A program made the translations under genes and the position numbers. The notes under the pieces were generated by a model. The model saw nothing but the letters and a program-made list of their open reading frames with translations, was not told the DNA's origin and searched no databases. This document shows, piece by piece, positions 48,340 to 58,679 of a stretch of 64,000 nt of DNA (position 1 is its first letter; each line of letters opens with the position of its first letter). Source of the stretch: Deltaproteobacteria bacterium (GTDB taxonomy: Bacteria; JADJOY01); NCBI GenBank assembly GCA_016713535.1, contig JADJOY010000008.1:212580-276579 (forward strand), given 5' to 3'.

Positions 48340-51300
48340 ATGAACCCGCCCAAGCCCGCCTCCGATCGTTCGCCCGCGGCCAGCCGTGTCGCGGCGCCCG
48401 CCGCCGAGCGCCCGCGCTTCGTCACCGCCGCGTCGCTCTTCGACGGCCACGACGCGTCCATCAACATCATGCGCCGCATCCTCCAGCAGGAGGGCGCCGA
48501 GGTGATCCACCTCGGTCACAACCGCTCGGTCGAGGAGATCGTGGCGGCGGCGATCCAGGAGGACGCCCACGGCATCGCGGTGTCCTCCTACCAGGGCGGG
48601 CACGTCGAGTTCTTCACCTACATGGTGGAGATGCTGCGCGAGCGCGGCGCAGGCCACGTGCGGGTGTTCGGCGGCGGCGGCGGCGTGATCGTCGACGACG
48701 AGATCGAAGCGCTTCACCGCGCCGGCGTCACGCGCATCTACTCGGTGGAGGACGGCCGCCGGCTCGGCCTGGTGGGCATGATCCGGGACATGCTGGCGCG
48801 TCTCGACCTGCAGCCGCTGCCATGCCCCGATGCGGTCCCCGACGGCGTCGTGCGCCGCGAGCCCGGAGCGCTGGGGCGCTTCATCAGCGCCCTCGAGCAG
48901 GCCGGCACAGACGACGGCGACGGCGCGAACGCCGGGGCGCTGGGCGCCATCCGCGACGCGCTGCGGGCGCGGATGCCGGCGCAGGCGGCGCCGATCGTGG
49001 GCATCACCGGCACCGGCGGCGCGGGCAAGTCGTCGGTCAACGACGAGCTGCTCCGGCGCATCCTCGATCACTTCCCCGAGCGTACGGTCGCGGTGCTGTC
49101 GGTCGACCCGACCCACCGCCGCACCGGCGGCGCCTTGCTCGGCGATCGCATCCGCATGAACGCCGCCCGCGGCGAGCGGGTCTTCATGCGCTCGATGGCG
49201 ACGCGGCGCGCGAACCTGGCCACCTCTGCAGCGGTCAGCGACGCGCTGCTCGCGCTGCGCGCGGCGTCCTTCGACCTGATCCTCCTCGAGACCGCCGGGA
49301 TCGGCCAGGGCGACAGCGAGGTGGTCGACCTCTCCGACCTCTCGCTCTACGTCATGACCCCCGAATACGGCGCGCCCTCGCAGCTCGAGAAGATCGACAT
49401 GCTCGAGCTCGCCGACCTGGTGGTGATCAACAAGGCCGACCGCCGCGGCGCCTCGGACGCGCTGCGCGAGGTACGCCGGCAGCTCCGCCGGGTGCGCGGC
49501 CTCACCAGCCTGGCACCCGAGGACATGCCGGTGTTCTCGACGATCGCGAGCCGCTTCGGCGACGCGGGCGTCGACCGGCTCTTCGCCGCGCTGATGCGCA
49601 AGGTGGGCGAGAAGAGCGGCCAGGACTGGAACCCCGGCGAGCCGCCCGCGCGCACCGGCGTGACCCTCACGGTGGTGCCGGACGCGCGCGTCCGCTATCT
49701 GGCCGAGATCGCCGAGACGTGCCGGTCATACCGCCAGCGGATCGCCGCCCAGGCCGAGCTCGTCGCCCGCGCGCAGGCGCTGGGCGTGGCGCTCGCCGAG
49801 CTCGGCGAGGTGCCACCACCGACATCCCTGGCCGAGCTGCCCGCGGGCGACGGCGACGCGAGCGGGCGCGACCCGGTGGTGGCCGAGCTGGCGCGCCGCT
49901 ACGGCGAGCTGGTCGAGAGCGTCGATCCGCGCCTCAAGCGCGAGCTCGGCGAGTTCCCGGCGTTGCGCGAGAGCTACGCGGCGGACGTCTCGAAGTTCAC
50001 CGTGCGCGGCAAGGAAGTGACGATCCGCAACGACTACCGGACCCTCTCGGGCACGCGGGTACCCAAGGTGTCGCTGCCGAGAGGCGATTCGCTGGGCGAC
50101 CTGACGCGCTGGCTCGGCGTCGAGAACGTCCCCGGCCGCTTCCCGTACACGGCGGGTGTGTTCCCGTTCAAGCGCGCGGAGGAGGACCCGACGCGCATGT
50201 TCGCGGGCGAGGGCACCGCGGAGCGCACCAACCGGCGCTTCCACTACGTGAGCCACGGGCTGCCCGCGGTGCGGCTCTCGACCGCCTTCGACTCGGTCAC
50301 GCTCTACGGCGACGACCCCGCCGAGCGCCCCGACATCTGGGGCAAGATCGGCAACAGCGGCGTCAGCGTGTGCACCCTCGACGATGCCAAGCGGCTCTAC
50401 TCGGGGTTCGACCTGGTGTCGCCCAAGTCGAGCGTGTCGATGACGATCAACGGCCCGGCGCCCGCGATCCTCGCGATGTTCCTGAACACCGCGATCGACC
50501 AGGCCGTGGAGAAGCGACTCCGCGAGAGCGGCCGCCTCGAAGCGGCACTCGCGAAGGCCCGCGCCGAGGCGGGCGGCGAGCTGCCGGTGTATCGCGGCGA
50601 GCTGCCCGCGGGCCACGACGGCGGCGGGATCGCGCTCCTCGGCACCAGCGGCGACCGGCTGCTGCCCGCGGAGGAGTACGCCGCGATCAAGGCGCGGGTG
50701 CTTGCGCAGGTCCGCGGCACCGTCCAGGCCGATATCCTGAAGGAGGACCAGGCCCAGAACACCTGCATCTTCTCGACCGACTTCGCCCTCAAGCTCATGG
50801 GCGACGTGCAGCAGTTCTTCGTCGAGAACGAGGTGCGCAACTTCTACAGCGTCTCGATCAGCGGCTACCACATGGCCGAGGCGGGCGCGAATCCGATCAC
50901 GCAGCTCGCGTTCACCCTCGCCAACGGCTTCACGTTCGTCGAGTACTACCGGGCGCGCGGGCTCGCGGTCGACGACTTCGCGCCGAATCTGTCGTTCTTC
51001 TTCTCGAACGGGCTCGACGCCGAGTACGCGGTGCTGGGGCGCGTGGCGCGCCGCATCTGGGCGGTGGCGATGCGCGAGCGCTACGCGGCCAACGAGCGCT
51101 CGCAGATGCTCAAGTACCACATCCAGACGAGCGGCCGGAGCCTGCACGCGCAGGAGGTCGACTTCAACGACATCCGCACCACGCTGCAGGCGCTGTACGC
51201 GATCTTCGACAACTGCCAGAGCCTGCACACCAACGCCTACGACGAGGCGGTGACCACGCCCACCGAGGAGTCGGTGCGGCGCGCGCTCGCGATCCAGCTC

Positions 51301-51816
51301 ATCATCAATCGCGAGCTCGGCTGGTCGAAGAACGAGAACCCACTTCAGGGCTCGTTCTTCGTCGAGGAGCTGACCGACCTTGTCGAGGACGCGGTGCTCG
51401 CCGAGTTCGAGCGGCTGAGCGACCGCGGCGGCGTGCTGGGTGCCATGGAGGCGATGTACCAGCGCGGCAAGATCCAGGACGAGAGCCTCCACTACGAGAC
51501 ACTCAAGCACTCGGGTGAGCTACCGATCGTGGGCGTCAACACCTTCCTTCACCCTGACCGCGCCGCTGCGGTGGGCGGAGTGCGCGAGCTGATCCGCTCC
51601 TCGGACGAGGAGAAGGCGAGCCAGGTGAGCGAACTGCGCCGCTTCCACGAGCGCAACGCCGAGCGTGCCCCCGCGGCGCTCGAGAAGCTCCGCCGCGTGG
51701 CCCTCGAAGGCGGCAACGTGTTCGCGGAGCTGATGGAGACGGTCAAGTGCGCCAGTCTGGGCCAGATCTCCCGCGTGCTCTACGACGTGGGCGGCCAGTA
51801 CCGGCGCTCGATGTGA
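48340..51816 (+). CDS. icmF: Fused isobutyryl-CoA mutase IcmF (B12-binding domain + MeaB-like GTPase + mutase substrate-binding domain)
   Basis: N-terminal DGHDASINIMRRIL B12-binding motif, central GITGTGGAGKSS P-loop with NKAD, then a C-terminal acyl-CoA mutase TIM barrel. 1158 aa. Confidence 0.9.
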   Translation: MNPPKPASDRSPAASRVAAPAAERPRFVTAASLFDGHDASINIMRRILQQEGAEVIHLGHNRSVEEIVAAAIQEDAHGIAVSSYQGGHVEFFTYMVEMLRERGAGHVRVFGGGGGVIVDDEIEALHRAGVTRIYSVEDGRRLGLVGMIRDMLARLDLQPLPCPDAVPDGVVRREPGALGRFISALEQAGTDDGDGANAGALGAIRDALRARMPAQAAPIVGITGTGGAGKSSVNDELLRRILDHFPERTVAVLSVDPTHRRTGGALLGDRIRMNAARGERVFMRSMATRRANLATSAAVSDALLALRAASFDLILLETAGIGQGDSEVVDLSDLSLYVMTPEYGAPSQLEKIDMLELADLVVINKADRRGASDALREVRRQLRRVRGLTSLAPEDMPVFSTIASRFGDAGVDRLFAALMRKVGEKSGQDWNPGEPPARTGVTLTVVPDARVRYLAEIAETCRSYRQRIAAQAELVARAQALGVALAELGEVPPPTSLAELPAGDGDASGRDPVVAELARRYGELVESVDPRLKRELGEFPALRESYAADVSKFTVRGKEVTIRNDYRTLSGTRVPKVSLPRGDSLGDLTRWLGVENVPGRFPYTAGVFPFKRAEEDPTRMFAGEGTAERTNRRFHYVSHGLPAVRLSTAFDSVTLYGDDPAERPDIWGKIGNSGVSVCTLDDAKRLYSGFDLVSPKSSVSMTINGPAPAILAMFLNTAIDQAVEKRLRESGRLEAALAKARAEAGGELPVYRGELPAGHDGGGIALLGTSGDRLLPAEEYAAIKARVLAQVRGTVQADILKEDQAQNTCIFSTDFALKLMGDVQQFFVENEVRNFYSVSISGYHMAEAGANPITQLAFTLANGFTFVEYYRARGLAVDDFAPNLSFFFSNGLDAEYAVLGRVARRIWAVAMRERYAANERSQMLKYHIQTSGRSLHAQEVDFNDIRTTLQALYAIFDNCQSLHTNAYDEAVTTPTEESVRRALAIQLIINRELGWSKNENPLQGSFFVEELTDLVEDAVLAEFERLSDRGGVLGAMEAMYQRGKIQDESLHYETLKHSGELPIVGVNTFLHPDRAAAVGGVRELIRSSDEEKASQVSELRRFHERNAERAPAALEKLRRVALEGGNVFAELMETVKCASLGQISRVLYDVGGQYRRSM

Positions 51817-51859
51817 GGCGGGCGCTGGCACTCGGTCGCGCTCGCCGCGGGCGCCGTCC

Positions 51860-53089
51860 GTGAAGGTGCTGCTGGTCACCGACTCCTTCCCGCCGCGCTG
51901 CGGCGGCAGTGGTCACAGCGTCCACGCGCTGGCCCGCGCGCTCGGCGACGCGGAGGCGGACGTGCGGGTGCTGCAGCGCGCGGCGGGCGCGCGCCCCGGG
52001 CGACGCGCACTCGAGGTCGGCGGCGTGGCGGGCGTGAGGCTCGTGATGCCGGAGGTGCGAACCCCGATCGTGCGCGACCTGTACCGCGCCGCGGTCCGCG
52101 ATCCGGCGCTCGCGCGCGCCATCCGCGAGGCCATCGACGACGAGCGGCCCGACGTGATCCACGCCCAGCAGGGGTCGAACTTCGCGCCCGCGCTGCGCGC
52201 CGCGCGCGGGGCGGGGGTGGCGGTGGTGGCGACGGTCCGCGACTACGCGCCGATCTGCCTGCGTACCACACGCTTCAGCGGCGGCGCGATCTGCCCTGGC
52301 TGCTCGGCGGCGCGGCTCGCGGCCTGCTTCGCCGATCGCTACGGGGCGCCCGCCTGGGCCTTCGCCCCGATGGTTCCGCTCGTACTGATCGCCACTCGCC
52401 GTCGCACCCGCGTGCTCTCGGCTTTCGATCGCGTGATCGCGGTGAGCGGCTACGTCCGCGACCGGCTCAGCGCGGGCGGCGTGACGGCGCCGATCGAGGT
52501 GGTCTCGAACGTACCGCCCGCGCCGCCCGCGAAGCCACCACGGCCGGCGGCCGCGAGCGGGTTCGAGTACGTACTCTTCGCCGGCAAGCTCAACCGCGAG
52601 AAGGGCGCCGACGGCCTCGCCGCGGTCGCAGCGGCGTTGCCTGCGCACGCTCGCCTCGTGGTGCTCGGCGACGGCCCGCTCGCGCCCGCGCTCGACGAGG
52701 CAGCTTCCGCCGGCGCGCCGATCGTGCGTTGCGGCGACGTCACCAACGACGAGGTGCTCGCATGGATCGCCCACGCCCGCGCGCTGCTCCTGCCGTCGCG
52801 CTGGCCCGAACCGCTGAGCCGGCTGCTCCTCGAGGCGGGCGCGTCCGGAGTACCGGTCGTGGCGCTCGCGACCGGCGGCACTGCGGAGCTGATCCGCGAC
52901 GGTGAGAACGGCCGCCTCGCCGTGGAGGCCGCCGCGCTGCCCGGGCTCGTTGCCGAGCTCGTGACCGATGCCGGGCTGCGCGGCCGCCTGGCCGCGGGTG
53001 CGCGCCGCATCGCCGCCACCCGCCCCGACCGCGTCGCGATCGTGGGCCGGATGCTCGACGTGTACCGGGAAGCGGTCGCGGCAGCGTGA
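51860..53089 (+). CDS. GT4-family glycosyltransferase
   Basis: MKVLLVTDSFPPRCGGSGHSVHAL... GT-B fold with a C-terminal EAGASGVPVVA...GENG motif. Confidence 0.8.
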   Translation: MKVLLVTDSFPPRCGGSGHSVHALARALGDAEADVRVLQRAAGARPGRRALEVGGVAGVRLVMPEVRTPIVRDLYRAAVRDPALARAIREAIDDERPDVIHAQQGSNFAPALRAARGAGVAVVATVRDYAPICLRTTRFSGGAICPGCSAARLAACFADRYGAPAWAFAPMVPLVLIATRRRTRVLSAFDRVIAVSGYVRDRLSAGGVTAPIEVVSNVPPAPPAKPPRPAAASGFEYVLFAGKLNREKGADGLAAVAAALPAHARLVVLGDGPLAPALDEAASAGAPIVRCGDVTNDEVLAWIAHARALLLPSRWPEPLSRLLLEAGASGVPVVALATGGTAELIRDGENGRLAVEAAALPGLVAELVTDAGLRGRLAAGARRIAATRPDRVAIVGRMLDVYREAVAAA

Positions 53090-53173
53090 CGGCTGGTTGC
53101 GGCGCGCCGCGCGGCGGTTGGACTAGTCCGGCGGAGCGGTTAGAAGACCGCCCCACGCCGCGGGGCGTCACCC

Positions 53174-54037
53174 ATGGCCACCGCCAACGTCGATCTCCAC
53201 CTCCACACGACTCTCTCGGACGGCACCCTTCCTCCCGAGGAGGTGATCGCGCTCGCCGCGGAAGAGGGCCTGAGCGCGGTGAGCCTGACCGACCACGACA
53301 CCGTCCGCTCGCTCGCCCGCGGCCAGGCCGCCGCTGCCCGCAAGGGTCTCGACTACCTGCCCGGCACCGAGATCAGCCTGGTCGTCCGTGATCGCTCGGT
53401 GCATCTCCTCGTGTATCTGTTCGACCTCGCGAGCCCGATGACTGCGGCCCTCGAGCGCCTCGAGCGCAGCCGCGCCGATCGGCTGCCGCGGCTGGTCGCC
53501 CGGCTCACCGAGCTCGGCATGCCGCTCGCCGAGGACGAGGTCCGCGCCGAGGCGGGCGGCGAGCTGATCGGACGGCTCCACTTCGCCCACGCCCTGATCC
53601 GTAAGGGCTACGTCGGTTCGGTGAGCGAGGCCTTCGAGCGCTGGCTGAGCCGGGGCCGGCCCGCGCACCTCGAGCGCGACCGGCTGACGCCCGCCGAGGC
53701 AATCGCGCTGGCGCGCGCCTCGGGCGGAGTCACGTCGGTGGCTCATCCGGGCCTGATCGACGAGGACGAGGGGATCGCGCTCGCGGTGATCGAGGACCTC
53801 GTCGCTCTCGGCCTCGACGGGATAGAGGTCTGGCACCCGTCCCACGCCGACGAGGCGCGCCGCCGCTACGCCCACCTGGCGCGGGCGCTCGGCCTGGTCG
53901 CGACCGGTGGCTCGGACTTCCACGGCGACAAGAAGCCAGGGCTCAGGGTGGGACGGGGACGCGGCGACCTCGCGGTGCCGGCCGAGGTCCTCGACGCGCT
54001 CGCCGATCGGCGCCGCTCGCGTGAGGTGCGCTCATGA
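53174..54037 (+). CDS. PHP-domain metal-dependent phosphoesterase
   Basis: VDLHLHTTLSDGTL...SLTDHDT...VAHPG...GIEVWHP...GGSDFHG is the PHP His/Asp motif set. The stop overlaps the ubiA start (ATGA). Confidence 0.75.
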   Translation: MATANVDLHLHTTLSDGTLPPEEVIALAAEEGLSAVSLTDHDTVRSLARGQAAAARKGLDYLPGTEISLVVRDRSVHLLVYLFDLASPMTAALERLERSRADRLPRLVARLTELGMPLAEDEVRAEAGGELIGRLHFAHALIRKGYVGSVSEAFERWLSRGRPAHLERDRLTPAEAIALARASGGVTSVAHPGLIDEDEGIALAVIEDLVALGLDGIEVWHPSHADEARRRYAHLARALGLVATGGSDFHGDKKPGLRVGRGRGDLAVPAEVLDALADRRRSREVRS

Positions 54038-54920
54038 CCCCCGCGGTGTGGGGCCGCTCGCTGTGGGCGTCGATGCGGCCCCACCAGTGGGTCAAGAACG
54101 GGCTGCTCTTCGCGGCGCTCGTGTTCGCGCAGAAGCTCGGCGATCCGGGCCGCGTGGCGACCGTGTGCGTCGCGTTCGCGCTGTGGTGCCTGATGGCGAG
54201 CGCGGTCTACCTGTGGAACGACCTCTTCGACCTCGAGGAGGACCGCCATCACCCCGAGAAGTGCCGGCGGCCGATCGCGAGCGGGGCGTTGCCGCCGGAG
54301 ATCGCGCGCAAGGCCTGCGCGGTGCTCGCCGCGGTGGCGATCCTCGGCGCCTTCCTGCTCGGGCGCGCGTTCGGCGTGGTGCTGGTCGCGTACGCGCTCA
54401 TGAACGTCGCATACACGATCCGTCTCAAGCACGTGGTGATTCTCGACGTCATGACCCTCGCCGCGGGCTTCGTGCTGCGCGCCGTCGGTGGCGGTGTCGT
54501 GATCCACGTCGAGGTCTCACCCTGGCTGGTGATCTGCACCATCCTGCTCGCGCTGTTCCTCGGGTTCGGCAAGCGTCGTCACGAGCTGGTGCTGCTCGAG
54601 GAGCGCGCGTCCGAGCATCGCAAGATCCTCCAGGAATACAGCCCGTATTTCCTCGACCAGATGATCTCGGTCGTGACCGCCTCGACGGTGGTCGCCTATT
54701 GTCTCTACACGCTCTCGCCCGAGGTCGCGAACAAGCTCCACGTCAAGCACCTGCACCTGACGGTGCCGTTCGTGCTCTACGGCATCTTCCGTTACCTCTA
54801 CCTCGTCCACCAGAAGGGGCAGGGGGGAAACCCCTCGCGCGTTCTGTTGACGGACCCACCCCCCTCATCACTACGATTGCGCTCTGGTTGCTGACGGCGA
54901 CGATCATCCTTTATCGCTGA
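54034..54920 (+). CDS. UbiA-family decaprenyl-phosphate phosphoribosyltransferase (DPPR synthase, Rv3806c-like), with an apparent 1-nt frameshift at the C6 run near 54859-54864
   Basis: HQWVKNGLLFAALVFA and NDLFDLEEDRHHPEKCRRPIASG motifs. The C-terminal TM helix (PLITTIALWLLTATIILYR) continues in another frame (ORF 53907..54920) after the homopolymer run. Confidence 0.8.
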
Positions 54921-55004
54921 GCCAACGCGGCTCGGCGCCGCGCGCGGGGCACGCAGTCTCCCCGGACCACCGTCCCACCTCGCGGCCCTCTCGGGTCGAC
55001 CGCC

Positions 55005-55586
55005 ATGGCCGAGCGCACCGAGCGAAGCGCCGCATCCGGCACCAGCCCCGACCCGACTCGCCCGGTCGCCAAGCAGCGTGACCCCGCGAAGGTCGCGAGC
55101 GAGTCGCCGCCGGTCGACGTGGACGCGCTGGTGGCGTCGGTGAAGGCCCGCCTGGACGCCAGCGACGCAGGCCACGACGGCGTGAGCGCGCCAGCGCCCG
55201 CGGTCAAGGCCGAGGTGCCGCTGCCGGACGAAGCGCTGGCACGCACCTTCGAGCTCCTCAGGCGCGCCGGGCCCCTCGATCCTCGCGTGCCCATCCAGTC
55301 GCACCGCGCCGTGGTCGGCCCGGTGGTGGTGCTCTTCAAGTCGCTGCTGCGGCGTGTCCTCGCGCCGGCCTTTTCGGCGCTCTTCGATCACCAAGCCCGC
55401 TTCGACCAGGCCTCGCTCGCGTACGCCGAGGAACTCTACAAGCGGATCGTGGGGATGGAGGGCGACCTGCGCACCCGCCTCGAGCGCATCGAGGCGCGCC
55501 ATGCGCTCGAGCTCGAGACCATCGAGCGCCGGCTCGGGCGGCTCGAGCGGCTGGTCGGCGGATCGTCCTCCGATTCGAGCGCGTGA
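55005..55586 (+). CDS. Hypothetical protein with a C-terminal coiled-coil
   Basis: Moderately complex 193-aa ORF co-oriented within the glycosyltransferase cluster; ...LERIEARHALELETIERRLGRLERLVG. Confidence 0.4.
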   Translation: MAERTERSAASGTSPDPTRPVAKQRDPAKVASESPPVDVDALVASVKARLDASDAGHDGVSAPAPAVKAEVPLPDEALARTFELLRRAGPLDPRVPIQSHRAVVGPVVVLFKSLLRRVLAPAFSALFDHQARFDQASLAYAEELYKRIVGMEGDLRTRLERIEARHALELETIERRLGRLERLVGGSSSDSSA

Positions 55587-55602
55587 CACCGCGGGACCGT
55601 CG

Positions 55603-57894
55603 ATGACTGCGCCGGTTCCGATCCACCAGTTCCTGCCCACGCTCAACCCGGGCGACGCGATCGGGAACGTGACGCGCGCGATGCGCGACGCGATCCGCGC
55701 GATGGGCCATCCGTCCGAGATCTTCGCCGAGAACGTCGATCCCTCGCTCGCCGGCGAGGCGCACCGCTACGCGGAGTACCCGCACTTCGAGGATCCCCGC
55801 AACGTCCTCCTCTACCACTACAGCGTGGCCTCGCCGCTCAGCGAGTTCCTGCGCCTGACCTGGGAGAGGAAGGTCCTGATCTACCACAACGTGACACCGC
55901 CCTCGTTCTACGACGACCTCGAGCCTCACATCCGCGCGGTGCTCGCCCGCAGCGAGGACGAGCTGCGCGCGCTCGCGCCGGTGATCGACGTGGCGGTCGG
56001 TGACTCGGGCTTCAACTGCTCCGAGCTCACCCGCTTCGGCTTCCGCGATCCACAGGTGCTACCGATCCTCCTCGACCTGCACAAGCTCGAGCGCGAGATG
56101 GACGCCGACACCCTGGTCGACGAGTCGGGCGCCGAGCACCGCATCCTGTTCGTCGGCAAGCTCGGTCCCAACAAGCGCTTCGAAGACCTGATGTTGTGCT
56201 TCGAGCACTACCGTCGCACCCGCGATCCCAAGGCGAAGCTGGTGCTGATCGGCGGTTCGTTCAGCCCCATGTACGAGCAGCGGGTACGCGCGCTCCAGCA
56301 ACACCTGGGGCCCGATTCGATCGTGCTGAAGGGCGCAGTTTCGCAAGGCGTGCTCAACGCGTACTACCGCAAGGCTGCGCTCTTCCTGTGCCTGAGCGAT
56401 CACGAGGGCTACTGCGTGCCACTCGTCGAGTGCATGTACCTCGGCTTGCCGGTGGTCGCGTTCCGTCACCCCGGGGTCGAGTGGACGCTCGGCGGCAGCG
56501 GGCTGCTCCTCGACCGCAAGGACCCCGAGACCGTGGCCGCGGCGATGGAGCGCGTGCTCACCGACCCGATGCTGCGCAAGAACGTGGTCGACGGCCAGAA
56601 GAAGCGCCTCGAGGAGCTCTCGCCGACGCGCGTGAAGCAGCGCCTCGCCGAGGTCCTGGGGATGGCGCTCGCGCGCCCGGTGCGCAAGCCCAGGATCGCG
56701 TTCGTGGTGCAGCGCTACGGCGCCGAGGTGAGCGGTGGCAGCGAGGCCCATTGCCGGCTGGTCGCCGAGCACCTGAAGGACAAGGCCGAAGTGCAGGTTC
56801 TCACCACCACCGCGCGCGACTACGAGACCTGGCGTGAGCACTACCCACCCGGAGTCGGCGACGTGAACGGTGTCCGTGTCGAGCGCTTTCCGGTACTGGC
56901 CGAGCGCGACCTGGCCCGGTTCTCGGAGGAGAGCGAAGCCGTGTTCGCGGCGCGCGACCGCAAGCCCGAGGACGAGGCGCGCTGGATCCTCGATCAGGGC
57001 CCGTTCGCACCGGCGCTGGTCGATGCGATCGGCGAGCGCGTCGCCGACGTCGACGCGTTCGTCTTCTTCACCTACCTCTACTATCCGACGGTGATGGGCC
57101 TCCTGAAGGCGGGCGAGAAGGGCCTGCTCGTGCCGACGGCCCACGACGAGGCGCCGTTCCACTTCCGCATCGTACAGAGCGCGATGAAGCGCGCCGCAGG
57201 GATGATCTTCAACACCGAGGAGGAGCGCGCGCTCATCGAGTGCGCGCAGGGCGGGCCACGCGGCATCGGCATCATCACCGGCGTCGGCATCGAGGAGCCC
57301 GAGGACTACTCGGCGGCGCGGTTCCGCGCGCGCACCGGCATCGAGCGGCCCTTCCTGCTTTACGTGGGCCGGATCAGCCCGGCCAAGGGCTGCCTGCAGA
57401 TCCTCGACTTCCACACCGCCATGCGTACCGCATGGCCCGATTGTCCGGACCTGGTGTTCGTCGGCAAGGCCGAGATCGGGCTCGACGGGCGACCGGGGGT
57501 TCACGCGCTCGGTTTCGTCCAGGACGAGCGTGACAAGTTCGACGCGCTCGCCGCGGCGCTCGCGCTGGTCAACCCGTCGCCGATGGAGAGCCTATCGATG
57601 GTGCTCCTCGAGGCGTGGCTCGCCGGCACGCCGACCATCGCGAACGCCGCCTGCGCGGCGCTGGTGGGGCAGAGCCGCCGCTCGAAGGGCGGGGTCTGGT
57701 ACCACTCGTACGAGGAGTTCGAGGCGCTGGTGCGGCTGCTGGCCGGTGATCCCGAGCTGCGCGCGCGCCTCGGCCGCGCGGGACGCGAGTTCGTGCGCGG
57801 CCACTACCACTGGGATCTCATCAACCACAAGTATCTCGTCGCGCTGCGCTACCTCGATCTCGACGCGCGAGCGCGCGCGACGGAGGCTGCCTGA
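55603..57894 (+). CDS. Tandem double GT4-domain glycosyltransferase (763 aa)
   Basis: Two GT-B halves in one polypeptide. The second half (IAFVVQRYGAEVSGGSEAHCR...) is paralogous to the GT at 58676. The ATG lies at 55603. Confidence 0.8.
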   Translation: MTAPVPIHQFLPTLNPGDAIGNVTRAMRDAIRAMGHPSEIFAENVDPSLAGEAHRYAEYPHFEDPRNVLLYHYSVASPLSEFLRLTWERKVLIYHNVTPPSFYDDLEPHIRAVLARSEDELRALAPVIDVAVGDSGFNCSELTRFGFRDPQVLPILLDLHKLEREMDADTLVDESGAEHRILFVGKLGPNKRFEDLMLCFEHYRRTRDPKAKLVLIGGSFSPMYEQRVRALQQHLGPDSIVLKGAVSQGVLNAYYRKAALFLCLSDHEGYCVPLVECMYLGLPVVAFRHPGVEWTLGGSGLLLDRKDPETVAAAMERVLTDPMLRKNVVDGQKKRLEELSPTRVKQRLAEVLGMALARPVRKPRIAFVVQRYGAEVSGGSEAHCRLVAEHLKDKAEVQVLTTTARDYETWREHYPPGVGDVNGVRVERFPVLAERDLARFSEESEAVFAARDRKPEDEARWILDQGPFAPALVDAIGERVADVDAFVFFTYLYYPTVMGLLKAGEKGLLVPTAHDEAPFHFRIVQSAMKRAAGMIFNTEEERALIECAQGGPRGIGIITGVGIEEPEDYSAARFRARTGIERPFLLYVGRISPAKGCLQILDFHTAMRTAWPDCPDLVFVGKAEIGLDGRPGVHALGFVQDERDKFDALAAALALVNPSPMESLSMVLLEAWLAGTPTIANAACAALVGQSRRSKGGVWYHSYEEFEALVRLLAGDPELRARLGRAGREFVRGHYHWDLINHKYLVALRYLDLDARARATEAA

Positions 57895-58679
57895 TGTCCG
57901 ACCGTGAGCCCGTGCGACTGACCTCGCTCGACGAGTCCTTCGACACGGCGCTGAAGGACCTCCTCGGCGGCGTCGACGTGCGCAGCGCGACGGTGGTCCC
58001 GCCGGCGGCGGGGACTGTCGCTGGGCCGACTCGGTCCGACCAGGCGCTCGCGTACCTGAAGGCCACCTACGGGCTCGAGCCGCTCGCGTCCGGGGCGCCC
58101 GTCGCCGTCGAGCGCACCGGCGGGCTCGGCGGCTTCCTGCGACGGCTCGCCCGCAGGCTCTTCGTGTCGCGCACCTACCACGCGACGCTGGTCACGATGG
58201 TCGCCGACGTGGCCGAGCGGCAGGCCGCGCTGGACGCGCGCCTCCAGGCCCTCGCGAGCGCCCAGAGCCTCGCCAACGAGCGTGCGGCGCGAGTCGTGTT
58301 CCGGCTGTGGGGCGACTACAACCACCTCGTGCGGGTGGTCCTCGACCACCACGTCAACGAGGTGTTCGGCGCGTTCGAGCGCCACTTCGGCGCGTTCCAG
58401 GATCACTTCCACGCCTTCGAGCGCCACTTCGGCGCGTTCCAGGAGCACTTCCAGGCTTTCGAGCGCCACTTCGACGCGAACGTCGAGACGGTGCGCGAGG
58501 TCACCGAGGCGTTGCGCAAGCTCGAGCAGGCGGTCCACGAGATCGAGGGGCCCCATGACGAGCTGGTGCGCTCGGTGACCGAGCTTCTCGCGACGCGGGC
58601 TCGCGAGGAGGTACTGGCGCGGCGCGTCGAGGCGCTCGAGGACGTCCGTGCCGGCGCCGCTGAGCCGGCCGCCTCGTGA
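57894..58679 (+). CDS. Hypothetical protein with five tandem His/Phe-rich octapeptide repeats (ERHFGAFQ-like)
   Basis: ...EVFGAFERHFGAFQDHFHAFERHFGAFQEHFQAFERHFDANVE... It is translationally coupled on both sides (ATGA at 57894 and GTGA at 58676). Confidence 0.5.
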   Translation: MSDREPVRLTSLDESFDTALKDLLGGVDVRSATVVPPAAGTVAGPTRSDQALAYLKATYGLEPLASGAPVAVERTGGLGGFLRRLARRLFVSRTYHATLVTMVADVAERQAALDARLQALASAQSLANERAARVVFRLWGDYNHLVRVVLDHHVNEVFGAFERHFGAFQDHFHAFERHFGAFQEHFQAFERHFDANVETVREVTEALRKLEQAVHEIEGPHDELVRSVTELLATRAREEVLARRVEALEDVRAGAAEPAAS

